Of a DNA stretch of 32,536 nt, positions 9,537 to 17,916 are shown piece by piece. The DNA is from Candidatus Woesearchaeota archaeon (GTDB lineage Archaea > Nanobdellota > Nanobdellia > Pacearchaeales > GW2011-AR1): assembly GCA_964418495.1 (NCBI GenBank), contig CAYQLQ010000003.1:1-32536 (forward strand). The letters are read 5' to 3'. The notes under the pieces are model-generated. The model was not told where the DNA came from. It was given only the letters and a program-made list of their open reading frames with translations, and searched no databases. Numbering within the stretch: position 1 is the first letter of the stretch; every line of letters starts with the position of its first letter. The position numbers were made by a program, and so were the translations under genes.

Positions 9537-9827
9537 TTAAGAGTGTTTAAAAATTCTTGCTTTTTTTTCTGCGAATCTTGAGACAATCACAATTCCGATA
9601 ACCGCGACGAGCGTGATTGTTGCCGCGCTGATGAGTTTCCCCTGAACTGGGCTAAGTGCTGTGATTTTATTTACATACTCTGTGATGACGTCGCGCCACG
9701 CGAGTGCGATTAAAAAACCGAACGCTGCGGTAATTGCAGTCACGACAGCTTTTCGCATTTCTTGTCGAAGTTTCAACGCTGACGCTTTTGTTCTTTCACT
9801 TAAATTTGATTTTTCCTCTTTTTTCAT
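9537..9827 (-). CDS. Small two-TM membrane protein (DUF5654-like)
   Basis: AVVTAITAAFGFLIALAWRDVI plus a second TM helix. Confidence 0.5.
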   Translation of the reverse strand: MKKEEKSNLSERTKASALKLRQEMRKAVVTAITAAFGFLIALAWRDVITEYVNKITALSPVQGKLISAATITLVAVIGIVIVSRFAEKKARIFKHS

Positions 9828-9834
9828 TTTTTAT

Positions 9835-11034
9835 TTAAATAATTTCGCCCCAACCGATTAGTCGCCAGTGTTGTGCGATGTTTCTTGCGATTCCGACGTT
9901 GGCTCCCGGGAGCGCGACGATTGGAATGTTAAGAGATAGTTCTACTTCGTCGCCGGAGATTTTTTCGATTGTTCCGACGGTGATTGTTGTGTTTACGCTT
10001 AGCATCAGCATTTCTTTTCCTTTTAGCGGCGCGACTGCATCGTGAGTTTCGGTTCCAAGAACTTCTTTGAATAATTTTGTTTTTAGTTTTAGAGACTCTG
10101 TTATTTCTGGTAGGTTTCCTTTTATTGAAAGAAGACATCCTGTGAGCGAGTCGGCTTTTGTCAGCGTCGGGTCGAGTTCGGTTTCAATAGATATGCTCGC
10201 GCCGGGATGAATTTCGTTGACTTGTTCTTTTCCGCGATGAAGCGCTACGATTTTTGTTGTTAATGTTTGGTAAGTTTGTTGATTGTTTTTCTTTATATTT
10301 AATCCGGGCTTGATTTCTATTTCGTCGCCGATTTTTAGTTTTCCGGATTTCAAAATTCCGCCGAGGATTCCGCCGTGTAGGGAGTTTATCTCTGTTCCAG
10401 GACGATTGACGTCGAAACTTCGTGCGATTAGGAAACAGGGTTTTGCGTTTTCGTCTTTTTTTGGAATCTCGAGTTTGGAAAGTTCTTCGACGATTTTGTT
10501 TATATTGATTCCCTGTTGCGCTGAAATTGGAATTATCGGCGCGTTTTCAGCGAGTGTTCCTTTGAGGAATTTTTTAATTTCTTCGGCGTTTTTTTTCGCT
10601 TGTTCTTTTGTTACTAAATCTATTTTGTTTTGGACTACGATTATATTTTTTATTCCTTTTGCCTGAAGCGCCATGAAGTGTTCGCGTGTTTGTGGTTTGA
10701 TTCCTTCATTCGCCGCGACGAGAAGAATTGCAGCGTCGATAATTGCGGCACCTGAAAGCATTGTCGCCATTAGCATCTCGTGCCCCGGCGCGTCGATAAA
10801 ACTTATGTAGCGGATTGGTTCGCATTTTGCGTTCTTGTCTTTTGAATTTGTTATTTCATTTCCGCATTTGTAAATTGTCATGTCGGCGTAGCCGAGTTTG
10901 ATGGTGATTCCTCGTTTGAGTTCTTCAGAATGCGTGTCTGTGAATTTTCCAGTCAGCCGGCTGAGAAGCGTGGTTTTTCCGTGGTCGATGTGCCCGACAA
11001 CTCCGACGTTAAGTTCTGGTATTTGTTTTGTCAT
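9835..11034 (-). CDS. eif2g: Translation initiation factor aIF-2 gamma subunit
   Basis: GHIDHGKTTL, DAPGHE, NKID. 399 aa, with the archaeal gene neighbourhood of S6e and aIF5B. Confidence 0.95.
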   Translation of the reverse strand: MTKQIPELNVGVVGHIDHGKTTLLSRLTGKFTDTHSEELKRGITIKLGYADMTIYKCGNEITNSKDKNAKCEPIRYISFIDAPGHEMLMATMLSGAAIIDAAILLVAANEGIKPQTREHFMALQAKGIKNIIVVQNKIDLVTKEQAKKNAEEIKKFLKGTLAENAPIIPISAQQGININKIVEELSKLEIPKKDENAKPCFLIARSFDVNRPGTEINSLHGGILGGILKSGKLKIGDEIEIKPGLNIKKNNQQTYQTLTTKIVALHRGKEQVNEIHPGASISIETELDPTLTKADSLTGCLLSIKGNLPEITESLKLKTKLFKEVLGTETHDAVAPLKGKEMLMLSVNTTITVGTIEKISGDEVELSLNIPIVALPGANVGIARNIAQHWRLIGWGEII

Positions 11035-11084
11035 ATAAATTATAGAATCAAGGGGATTAAAAGCGTTTTGGTTTACTCGGATTA

Positions 11085-11531
11085 TTATTTCTTTTCTTCG
11101 GGTTCAGCAGGTTTTTCTTTTGGTTGGTTTTGCTCTGGGAAAATTTCTGCGAGTTTTTTCGCGCCGTCTTTTAGAACTTTCAGATTGATTTGAATAATCG
11201 CAGGCGAGATAACTTTTCCCCGAACTGTTTTTCTTAATCGCAATCCTGCGGGTTTTCGGTTGATTTTTTTAAGTCCTTTTGGACGCATGTGCATTGCTTT
11301 TCCATAAGGCAGGAGAATTTTTTTAAGCGCGATTCCGTCGACGTTTTCCATTGCTGTGAAGCCAGCTTTGTCTGATGCTCCGGCGATTTCAAATTCGTAG
11401 CCGTCGAGTTCTGGCGCGACGATTTTTCCGGCGATTTTGTCGTGGAGTTCTCTACCAATAATTTCCTCTGCTTCTGCTTCCAGCTTGTAGGTTTTTCCGT
11501 CTTTGGTTGATAGATTAAATTTGAAAGGCAT
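11085..11531 (-). CDS. rps6e: 30S ribosomal protein S6e
   Basis: MPFKFNLSTKDGKTYKLE ... GFTAMENVDG ... RLRKTVRG. The C-terminus has a Lys/Glu/Pro-rich tail. Confidence 0.9.
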   Translation of the reverse strand: MPFKFNLSTKDGKTYKLEAEAEEIIGRELHDKIAGKIVAPELDGYEFEIAGASDKAGFTAMENVDGIALKKILLPYGKAMHMRPKGLKKINRKPAGLRLRKTVRGKVISPAIIQINLKVLKDGAKKLAEIFPEQNQPKEKPAEPEEKK

Positions 11532-11570
11532 AGTATTTTATGCGAAAATTGGTTTTTAAAGATTTGGTTC

Positions 11571-13331
11571 TCAAATACCCCATTCGTCTTTATCTTTGCG
11601 TTTGATTTCTGCGATTTCTTGGAGAGTTTTTATTTCAGATTGTGAAAGAAGGTCTTTGTTTTTTTTGAATGTTTTGAACTGACTTTCGCCGAGGTCGGAA
11701 TAGAGGAATTGTTTGTCAGCGAGTTGGCGTTCGAAATTTACGCCGGGAATTGACAGTGCGACTTCGGTTCCTTCTTTTGCTTCGTCGACGGATTTTTTAT
11801 CTGCTTGAATATTTTTTGTTCTTCCGACTTTTATTCCGTTGTTGTCAATGAGGTTTAGTCCGGAGGTTAATTTTCCTCCTTCGATTTTTACTCCGAATAT
11901 TGCGGGGTTTGAATTTCGGAAAACATATTGCGGGAGGATTTTCAGTTTGCAAATTGTCGTTAGTTGCATCAGCCTGTGCTTTTCGATTTCTTTTGCTTTT
12001 TCAGTTCTGAATTTCTCAAGGTTTTCTATTAGTTTGTAAATCACTTCGTCGGTGAGGATTTTTATTTTTTCTGAGGTGTTTAATTCTTTTGCGTCCTCCT
12101 CAAGTTCGACATTGAATCCGACGACAATTGCGTCGAGCTCGTTCATTTCGAGATTTGCTTTTGCAGAAATTATGTCGGTTTTGCTGATGTTTCCGATTCC
12201 GGCTTTTACAACAGGGACGTTTGCCTGTCTCAAAAGGACGAGCAGAGCCTCGAGACTTCCGAGCGAATCGGCTTTTGTGATGATTCCTTTTTTGTCGGTT
12301 TGGATATTTTCAGTTACTTCTTTTTTGAATATCTGTTCTATTTCTTCTTCATTGTTTTTGTAAATTACGAACGGCATTCCGGAAAGGATTTCGTTTTTTT
12401 CTGTGAGTTGCATTCGGAGTCCTGTCGACGCTGTGACTTTTTCTTTTGCTTTGAATTTTGCGCAGAGCGGGAGGATTTCTTCGAGGATTCTTATTTTTGT
12501 GATAATTGGTTTTCCGTCGAAAGATGCGATTGCGAGTTCGTCGGTTTTTGCGAGTTCGCCGTCGTAGAGAATCGCCTCGGCGTAATTATTGGACTTGTCT
12601 TTTTTCACTTCGAGGATTACGCCTTTTGCGTCTTTGCCGAGTTTGAGTTTTTCAGATAAATATTTTTGGCTCAAACCGCAGAGCATCATTATGAGTTCGG
12701 GGATTCCTTGTTTTGTTTTTGCGGAAGTTGGGATTAACGCGATTGATTTTGTGAAGTCGTCGATGTTCCAGTAGAGGTCGGCGTTGAAACCGAAGCTGTT
12801 TAGGGAGCCGGTGAGTGTCATATATCGTTCGTCGAATATTTGTTTTATTGAGTTTGGTTGGGATTCGATTGATTCTTTTAGGGAAATTTTTTCTGTATTG
12901 TTTGGGGATCTCCACCCTGAGATGTTGTCGATTTTGTTCAGCGCGATTAGGAAAGGTGTTTTGTTTAGTTTTAGGATTTTTATTACTTCGGCGGTTTGTG
13001 GTTTGATGCCTTCGTTTATGTCGATGACGAGAACTGCTAAATCAGCGAGGGAGCCACCGCGTTTTCGTAGGTTTGTGAAGGCGGCGTGACCGGGCGTGTC
13101 AATTAGAAGAAAGCCGGGAATGTTGAGGTTTATTCCGGAACTTTCAATCAGAGGACAGGCTTTTTTGAGTTGTTCAATTGGATAAAGCGTGAAAGAAATT
13201 TTCTGCGTGATACCTCCGGCTTCTTTTTCCTGGACACAGCTACTTCGAAGACAATCGAGTATGCTCGTCTTTCCGTGGTCCACGTGCCCGCAAACCGTCA
13301 CGATTGGCTGGCGGATTAATTTTTCTGTCAT
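11571..13331 (-). CDS. infB: Translation initiation factor aIF5B (IF-2 homologue)
   Basis: VCGHVDHGKTSILD, DTPGHAAF, NKID. 586 aa. A TATA box (CTTTAAAAAT) lies about 22 nt upstream. Confidence 0.95.
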   Translation of the reverse strand: MTEKLIRQPIVTVCGHVDHGKTSILDCLRSSCVQEKEAGGITQKISFTLYPIEQLKKACPLIESSGINLNIPGFLLIDTPGHAAFTNLRKRGGSLADLAVLVIDINEGIKPQTAEVIKILKLNKTPFLIALNKIDNISGWRSPNNTEKISLKESIESQPNSIKQIFDERYMTLTGSLNSFGFNADLYWNIDDFTKSIALIPTSAKTKQGIPELIMMLCGLSQKYLSEKLKLGKDAKGVILEVKKDKSNNYAEAILYDGELAKTDELAIASFDGKPIITKIRILEEILPLCAKFKAKEKVTASTGLRMQLTEKNEILSGMPFVIYKNNEEEIEQIFKKEVTENIQTDKKGIITKADSLGSLEALLVLLRQANVPVVKAGIGNISKTDIISAKANLEMNELDAIVVGFNVELEEDAKELNTSEKIKILTDEVIYKLIENLEKFRTEKAKEIEKHRLMQLTTICKLKILPQYVFRNSNPAIFGVKIEGGKLTSGLNLIDNNGIKVGRTKNIQADKKSVDEAKEGTEVALSIPGVNFERQLADKQFLYSDLGESQFKTFKKNKDLLSQSEIKTLQEIAEIKRKDKDEWGI

Positions 13332-13406
13332 TACATTTAGAGAACTAAGGGATTTTTAAAGATTGGGAATGAGAAGATTTTTATAGTTCCTTTTTGATTT
13401 GGGCTG

Positions 13407-13727
13407 ATGAGAGAAATAATTAAAATAAGTGGACATTGTCCAGAGATGGTTCGAGGAGGGCGTTTCCCTTTAGAAGAAATTTTAAGTGTTCTACATCTAA
13501 GGTTGTTAAAGGGCAAACCAGAACCAGATACTTCTTGTGGGATAGTCAAGGGAATAAGACATGCGTTTTGGAGGAGGGATAAATATTCTTTAGAAACAAC
13601 TGGAGAAAATGTTGACCTTCAGTTTCTGAGTCGAGAAGGGGGAATTGTTTATCTTCAACTTCCTTCAGGATATGGGTTTGGAAGGGAGCTTATGGAATCT
13701 GAACCTTGTGCGTCTGTGGAAGATTAA
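13407..13727 (+). CDS. Hypothetical protein (orphan)
   Basis: 106-aa ORF. GATTTTTATAG TATA-like element lies about 23 nt upstream (leaderless spacing). No recognisable motifs. Confidence 0.4.
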   Translation: MREIIKISGHCPEMVRGGRFPLEEILSVLHLRLLKGKPEPDTSCGIVKGIRHAFWRRDKYSLETTGENVDLQFLSREGGIVYLQLPSGYGFGRELMESEPCASVED

Positions 13728-13735
13728 ATATTTTT

Positions 13736-14083
13736 TCAGTTCCATTGATATGCTTCGACGATTTTCGTGAGTGTTGTGACAGCATCAGTGAGTTGAGATT
13801 CGCGTTCGTTGTGTTTTTCTGCTTCGGGAACAATTATTAGGTGATATTTTTGTGTGATGTCTGCTGGGTCTGGATCTTTAATTTTGAAGTCTACTTTGGC
13901 AAGTTGAAATTTTTGTTGGAGGTAGGTTAAGAATTTTCTGGCGTCGCGCGGGCGGGTTGCTGGAAGTTCAAATTGAATTCCTGCGTTGTCTTCGTGAAGA
14001 ACGCACCTTGAACCTGTCGTTCGAAATAAATTCGTTTCGAAGAATAAATCTTTCAGAGCAGAAACTCTGTCGTTAAGTTCCAT
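13736..14083 (-). CDS. Hypothetical protein
   Basis: 115-aa ORF with no recognisable motifs. Confidence 0.45.
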   Translation of the reverse strand: MELNDRVSALKDLFFETNLFRTTGSRCVLHEDNAGIQFELPATRPRDARKFLTYLQQKFQLAKVDFKIKDPDPADITQKYHLIIVPEAEKHNERESQLTDAVTTLTKIVEAYQWN

Positions 14084-14124
14084 GGAATAATTAAGTTTTT
14101 AATCTATATATCTTTTATGGTTCT

Positions 14125-14409
14125 ATGAAATTGTTGAAAGATTTGGAAAAGAATTATGATTTGGAGCTGGCGCGCGTGGAAAGGGAAATCCGAAAGCAGA
14201 AGGCGCGGTTTGTTTTGTTGCAGTTTCCCGACGGGTTGAAACCTTATGCAACTGCGGTTGTGGATTTTCTTGAGAAAAAACTGAAAGGCGTGAAGTTTGC
14301 GATTTGGCTTGGCGATTGTTTCGGCGCATGTGACACTCCTGTTGGAATTGAGAAACTGAATTTTGATTTGGTTGTGCAGTTCGGACACAACGAGATGATG
14401 CCTATTTGA
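14125..14409 (+). pseudogene. dph2: N-terminal fragment of diphthamide synthase Dph2 (about the first 90 of about 330 residues)
   Basis: KARFVLLQFPDGLKPYA ... DCFGACDTPVGIEKLNFDLVVQFGHNEM matches the Dph2 N-terminal domain through the GH motif. The ORF then stops and overlaps the 3' end of an opposite-strand gene. Confidence 0.65.
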
Positions 14410-14848
14410 AAAGTTTTTCTATTTCCTGATTGATTCTTTTTCTTTGGTAGATGTCAGAGAGTTTGTAAATTACGAGATAGCAGATTGCGGAAATTGTGGT
14501 TGCGAGAATGAAATTGCCGACGAGGAAACTTCGTGTGTAGAAGAAAAGATTTCCGAGAACTGTGAAGTCGACGGTTTGAGTTGTTTTAAGAACTAGGTTT
14601 CCGAGTTTGAAACTGAGAAGGTAGAGCGGCGCGAGGGCGAAAATGTTCCAGACTGCGAACGACGCGAGCATTGAGATTTTGCTTGCGCTTTTTATGACAA
14701 GAAGAACGAGCAGTCCGATGAAAACTCCCAAGCCGAAAGTCGGGAGGATTGCGATGAGAGTTCCGAGGGAAAAACCGAGCGCGATTGAGTGAGGCGAGGT
14801 TTTTAATTTTAAAATTTCTTCAAAATGTTTTAGTATTTGCTTTAGCAT
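14402..14848 (-). CDS. DUF2062-like membrane protein
   Basis: LKTSPHSIALGFSLGTLIAILPTFGLGVFIG followed by further TM helices. Confidence 0.6.
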   Translation of the reverse strand: MLKQILKHFEEILKLKTSPHSIALGFSLGTLIAILPTFGLGVFIGLLVLLVIKSASKISMLASFAVWNIFALAPLYLLSFKLGNLVLKTTQTVDFTVLGNLFFYTRSFLVGNFILATTISAICYLVIYKLSDIYQRKRINQEIEKLFK

Positions 14849-14915
14849 TTCTTTTTGAGAAAAGTAACATTTAAATATTCTTTTGTCGTCGGAATAATGT
14901 AAAGGAGGTGATAAA

Positions 14916-15299
14916 ATGACGCCGATAGAAATTATAGCATTAATTCTTGCTGTAGTTGTTGCTGTGAAACTTTTGGTTATAATGATTAAGCCGAAAGCGT
15001 GGATGAATGTTGTGGAGGTGGTTTATAGAAAGCCGACTTTGCTGATGGTGGTTTCGTTGATTCTTGCTGCGGTTGTTCTCTATTATCTGGATTTTGCAGG
15101 AATAACAATTGTGCAGATTTTTGCAGTGATGGTTTTCTTTGCTCTACTTGCTGCGATGACAGCTTCTGCGTATGCGAAGGAAATTATTGTGCTTGCGAGA
15201 AAAATGCTAAAGGACAAAAGTGTTTTGAAAAAAGCGTGGCTTGCGTTGGTGGTTTGGATTGTGCTGGTAGTCTGGGTGCTTTACACTTTGTTCGCTTAG
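14916..15299 (+). CDS. Four-TM membrane protein, hypothetical
   Basis: A strong GGAGGTG Shine-Dalgarno (14904..14910) lies 5 nt before the ATG. The protein is hydrophobic throughout. Confidence 0.6.
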   Translation: MTPIEIIALILAVVVAVKLLVIMIKPKAWMNVVEVVYRKPTLLMVVSLILAAVVLYYLDFAGITIVQIFAVMVFFALLAAMTASAYAKEIIVLARKMLKDKSVLKKAWLALVVWIVLVVWVLYTLFA

Positions 15300-15369
15300 A
15301 ATAATTTATTTTTATTTTATTATTTATTATCTTCATAATCTTTATATAGTTGGGGGGTTAGGTTAGGGG

Positions 15370-15771
15370 ATGGGCGATTATGAAGTGCGGAGGGCAGTTA
15401 CTGAGGTGAGAAATCGTCTTGCGAAATATTTTGGTTCTGAAGAGGAAGCGGAAGAAGCGTCGGGAGAATTGGAAAAGATTTGCGCGAGGGATGGCTGTAT
15501 AAAGCCTGTTCCGAAGGGAAAGAAAAAATATTGTTCTTCTGAATGTGCGAAGTATATGAATCGTCGGTGGGCGGCGGCGCGTTCTCGGGAAAGATACCTT
15601 GCTGCGGCAGCGTCGGTAAGACGTGCTAAAACTGGTTTGAGAGCATGCTTGAGTTGTGCTAGAAGTTTTTTATCTGAAGGTCCTTGGAATAGAATTTGTC
15701 CCCAATGTGCAGAGAGAAACGATCTGATTTCTTCAAGAGCAGAGGAATCCACAAAAGATTATTCTCCATGA
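15370..15771 (+). CDS. Cys-rich zinc-finger protein (DUF2116-like C-x4-C ... YCS-x2-C plus C-x2-C ... C-x2-C)
   Basis: CARDGCIKPVPKGKKKYCSSEC and CLSCARSF...NRICPQC. The segment is visibly more G+C-rich than its flanks. Confidence 0.55.
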   Translation: MGDYEVRRAVTEVRNRLAKYFGSEEEAEEASGELEKICARDGCIKPVPKGKKKYCSSECAKYMNRRWAAARSRERYLAAAASVRRAKTGLRACLSCARSFLSEGPWNRICPQCAERNDLISSRAEESTKDYSP

Positions 15772-16476
15772 TTACAACCAACCTGCTAAGAGGGCGAGAC
15801 CGACGAGGAATAGAAGTGCGCCGGCGATGAGGTGAAGCCATCGGATGTTTCTGTCTTTCCAACCTGAGACATCTTGGACGCGGGAGAATCCTAAGTAAAC
15901 AATTAGAACAATCGCGAGCATGGGAATTATGAAAATTAAATTGTAGTAAAGGAGCCACGGTAGGGCGGCAAGTGTGCCGAGTTCGGCGAGAATTCCTGAC
16001 GCGATTATGTAAGGTCCGATTGTGCATGGAAGAAGGAAAAGCGTGACGAGGAAACCGATTATGAATGCGCCGGTAGGGGAAGTTATTTTTTGAATTATTC
16101 TTTTTACTCTTGGACGAAGGAAGAGAGGCATTTCTGTTGCGAGTCCGCCTTTTTGGTAGGAGAAGAAATCTTTGACGTTCAATCCGCCGAGAATCATCGC
16201 GAGAATCGCGAGTCCTTTGTAAACTATTCCGGAGTTTGTTCGTAGGAATTCAGCGAAGGTTCGGAAGAATTGAATTATTATAATTCCGTAGAAAAGATAG
16301 CCGACGTAAATTGACGTTGTGAATGCGAGTCCGGCGTAGAGAACTTTTTTTCTTTTGTCTGGGTTTTGAATTAGAATTGCGACGAGCACCATTGTTAGGA
16401 CGGCGATGGCGCAGGGGTTTACTGAATCTGCGAGCGCGAGGGCGGTGATTCTTGTTAGATTAATTATGTCTGTCAT
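15772..16476 (-). CDS. CcdA/DsbD-family thiol:disulfide electron-transfer membrane protein
   Basis: ALADSVNPCAIAVL and LLPCTIGPY, the two conserved membrane-embedded Cys motifs. Six or more TM helices. Confidence 0.8.
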   Translation of the reverse strand: MTDIINLTRITALALADSVNPCAIAVLTMVLVAILIQNPDKRKKVLYAGLAFTTSIYVGYLFYGIIIIQFFRTFAEFLRTNSGIVYKGLAILAMILGGLNVKDFFSYQKGGLATEMPLFLRPRVKRIIQKITSPTGAFIIGFLVTLFLLPCTIGPYIIASGILAELGTLAALPWLLYYNLIFIIPMLAIVLIVYLGFSRVQDVSGWKDRNIRWLHLIAGALLFLVGLALLAGWL

Positions 16477-16481
16477 TTTTA

Positions 16482-16817
16482 TTATGGGCAGTTGGTAAGT
16501 TCTTTTAGTTTTTCAATTGATTGAACTCCGATATATTCTTGATTATTGATAATCCATGTTGGGGTATATGTTATTTCTGCGCATTTTTCTCTTTCAAAAA
16601 AGCAATCGACGATTGTTAGATACTGAGTTGTTTCGCCGAAAAGATTTTCTTGAATTTCGCAGGCGTGGCATCCGAGCTGGACATACAGAATCGAGTTCTC
16701 GCCGATGCATTGCGCGGTTTTTTTCGAAATCGCCGGTTCAGGATTTCGGAGAACAATTATTGCGGGAACAATCACAGCGAGGATAATTCCAACTGTCCAC
16801 CAACTTTTTTTATTCAT
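16482..16817 (-). CDS. Membrane-anchored thioredoxin-fold protein (VKOR-associated Trx-like type)
   Basis: N-terminal TM helix, CHAC active site followed by EIQENLFG, VDC, and a cis-Pro motif YTPTWIIN. It closely parallels the Trx-like domain of bacterial VKOR fusions. Confidence 0.7.
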   Translation of the reverse strand: MNKKSWWTVGIILAVIVPAIIVLRNPEPAISKKTAQCIGENSILYVQLGCHACEIQENLFGETTQYLTIVDCFFEREKCAEITYTPTWIINNQEYIGVQSIEKLKELTNCP

Positions 16818-16875
16818 AAATTATTTTAGTAAAATGTATTTTTAAAGGTTTTGGGGGAACTGATTTCTTGGAGAA

Positions 16876-17184
16876 TTAATAATCAGGCAAATCTTCTTTT
16901 GGTTTTTCTTTGTCTGCGGGCGCGTCTAATTTTTCTTGTCCTGCGTCAGCTTCTGCGCCTTCAGGTTCTGCAGCCATTTCGTTTTCGTCGACAGAGTTTA
17001 TCATTTCTTTGAATTTTGGAAAATCTGTTGAGAGAATTCTTACTCCTGCTTTTGTGAAGCCGGTGTATCTTTCGGATGTTACGAATTCCCGGATTGTCAA
17101 ACCGCGCCGTCCGCCGAAGTCGTCCACGCGAATCATAATTTCAGACGTGTCGTTCTTTGGGATTTTTCCGATTTCTTTTTCCAT
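16876..17184 (-). CDS. PC4/YdbC-like ssDNA-binding protein with acidic tail
   Basis: IMIRVDDFGGRRGLTIREFVTSERYTGFTKAGVRI, followed by a Glu/Asp/Ala-rich C-terminus. Confidence 0.6.
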   Translation of the reverse strand: MEKEIGKIPKNDTSEIMIRVDDFGGRRGLTIREFVTSERYTGFTKAGVRILSTDFPKFKEMINSVDENEMAAEPEGAEADAGQEKLDAPADKEKPKEDLPDY

Positions 17185-17275
17185 AAAAGTTCTTAGAGAA
17201 AAGAGTATTTAAGTTTTATTGTTTATTATAGTCAATCTCAACAATCCTTAAATATGCGGATTGCGTGGTTTTTGT

Positions 17276-17431
17276 ATGGAAGAAATTGATAAGCGCGAGT
17301 GTCCGAAGTGCCACGGGCGGGGAATTGTGAAAGAGCTCGACGGGACAGCGCATGTTTGCTGGGAATGTTTGAAAGCCGGGCGTTTGGATGTTCATTCAAA
17401 GAATTTATCTGATAGTGGAATTAGCGGGTGA
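17276..17431 (+). CDS. 51-aa zinc-ribbon protein (absent from the ORF track)
   Basis: ATG at 17276, TGA at 17429..17431. MEEIDKRECPKCHGRGIVKELDGTAHVCWECLKAGRLDVHSKNLSDSGISG has a DnaJ-like CxxCxGxG plus a second CxxC. Confidence 0.5.
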   Translation: MEEIDKRECPKCHGRGIVKELDGTAHVCWECLKAGRLDVHSKNLSDSGISG

Positions 17432-17522
17432 GAATTTTTCCAGAAAAATACTTAGGGGATTTATGGCTTTTCTTTTGATGTCCTTCCAGTCTCATTTGAA
17501 CTCCATGGGGGAATAATTCATA

Positions 17523-17828
17523 TTATATTCTCTGGGTAATCCCTTTGGGATTAATTGTACTTACGTTTCGGGTAATATCTCTTGTTTTATATCCCTCTGT
17601 CGAGAAATCTTCTGGGAGGGGTAACAATCGATTGCTCATACGCGTCCTTAATTTATGTAGCGCTTGGGAATATAAGGCTAAATCTTCGTCATCGCTAGGA
17701 GGGGTTTGTCCCCTTAGTAAATTAAAATCTGCAACTAATCTTGAGAGAGAAGGGGAATAACTGGGTCTTAAAATCTTTTCTGGAAGGCTTGTTTTTCTGC
17801 AACTTCTTCCTGATTCATAATCGGACAT
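17523..17828 (-). CDS. Hypothetical protein (orphan)
   Basis: 101-aa ORF. ATTTATAAAT TATA box on the minus strand lies about 20 nt upstream of the ATG. Confidence 0.4.
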   Translation of the reverse strand: MSDYESGRSCRKTSLPEKILRPSYSPSLSRLVADFNLLRGQTPPSDDEDLALYSQALHKLRTRMSNRLLPLPEDFSTEGYKTRDITRNVSTINPKGITQRI

Positions 17829-17916
17829 AAGTCAAACAAAATATTTTTATTTATAAATATTTAGGGGGTGGGATATAACTATAGTGTTTTTGTTACTATT
17901 GGTATTTTTAGGATAT

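Noticed and set aside
13337-13549. 70-aa minus-strand ORF overlapping the infB promoter and ORF 13407..13727
   Set aside because: It has no promoter or start context, a low-complexity translation, and overlaps a better-supported + strand ORF.
13332-13735. Possible structured RNA gene (SRP RNA or RNase P RNA) in the gap after infB
   Set aside because: No conserved RNase P (GAGGAAAGUCC-like) or SRP domain motifs and no long helices were seen. A 106-aa ORF with a correctly spaced promoter explains the region better.
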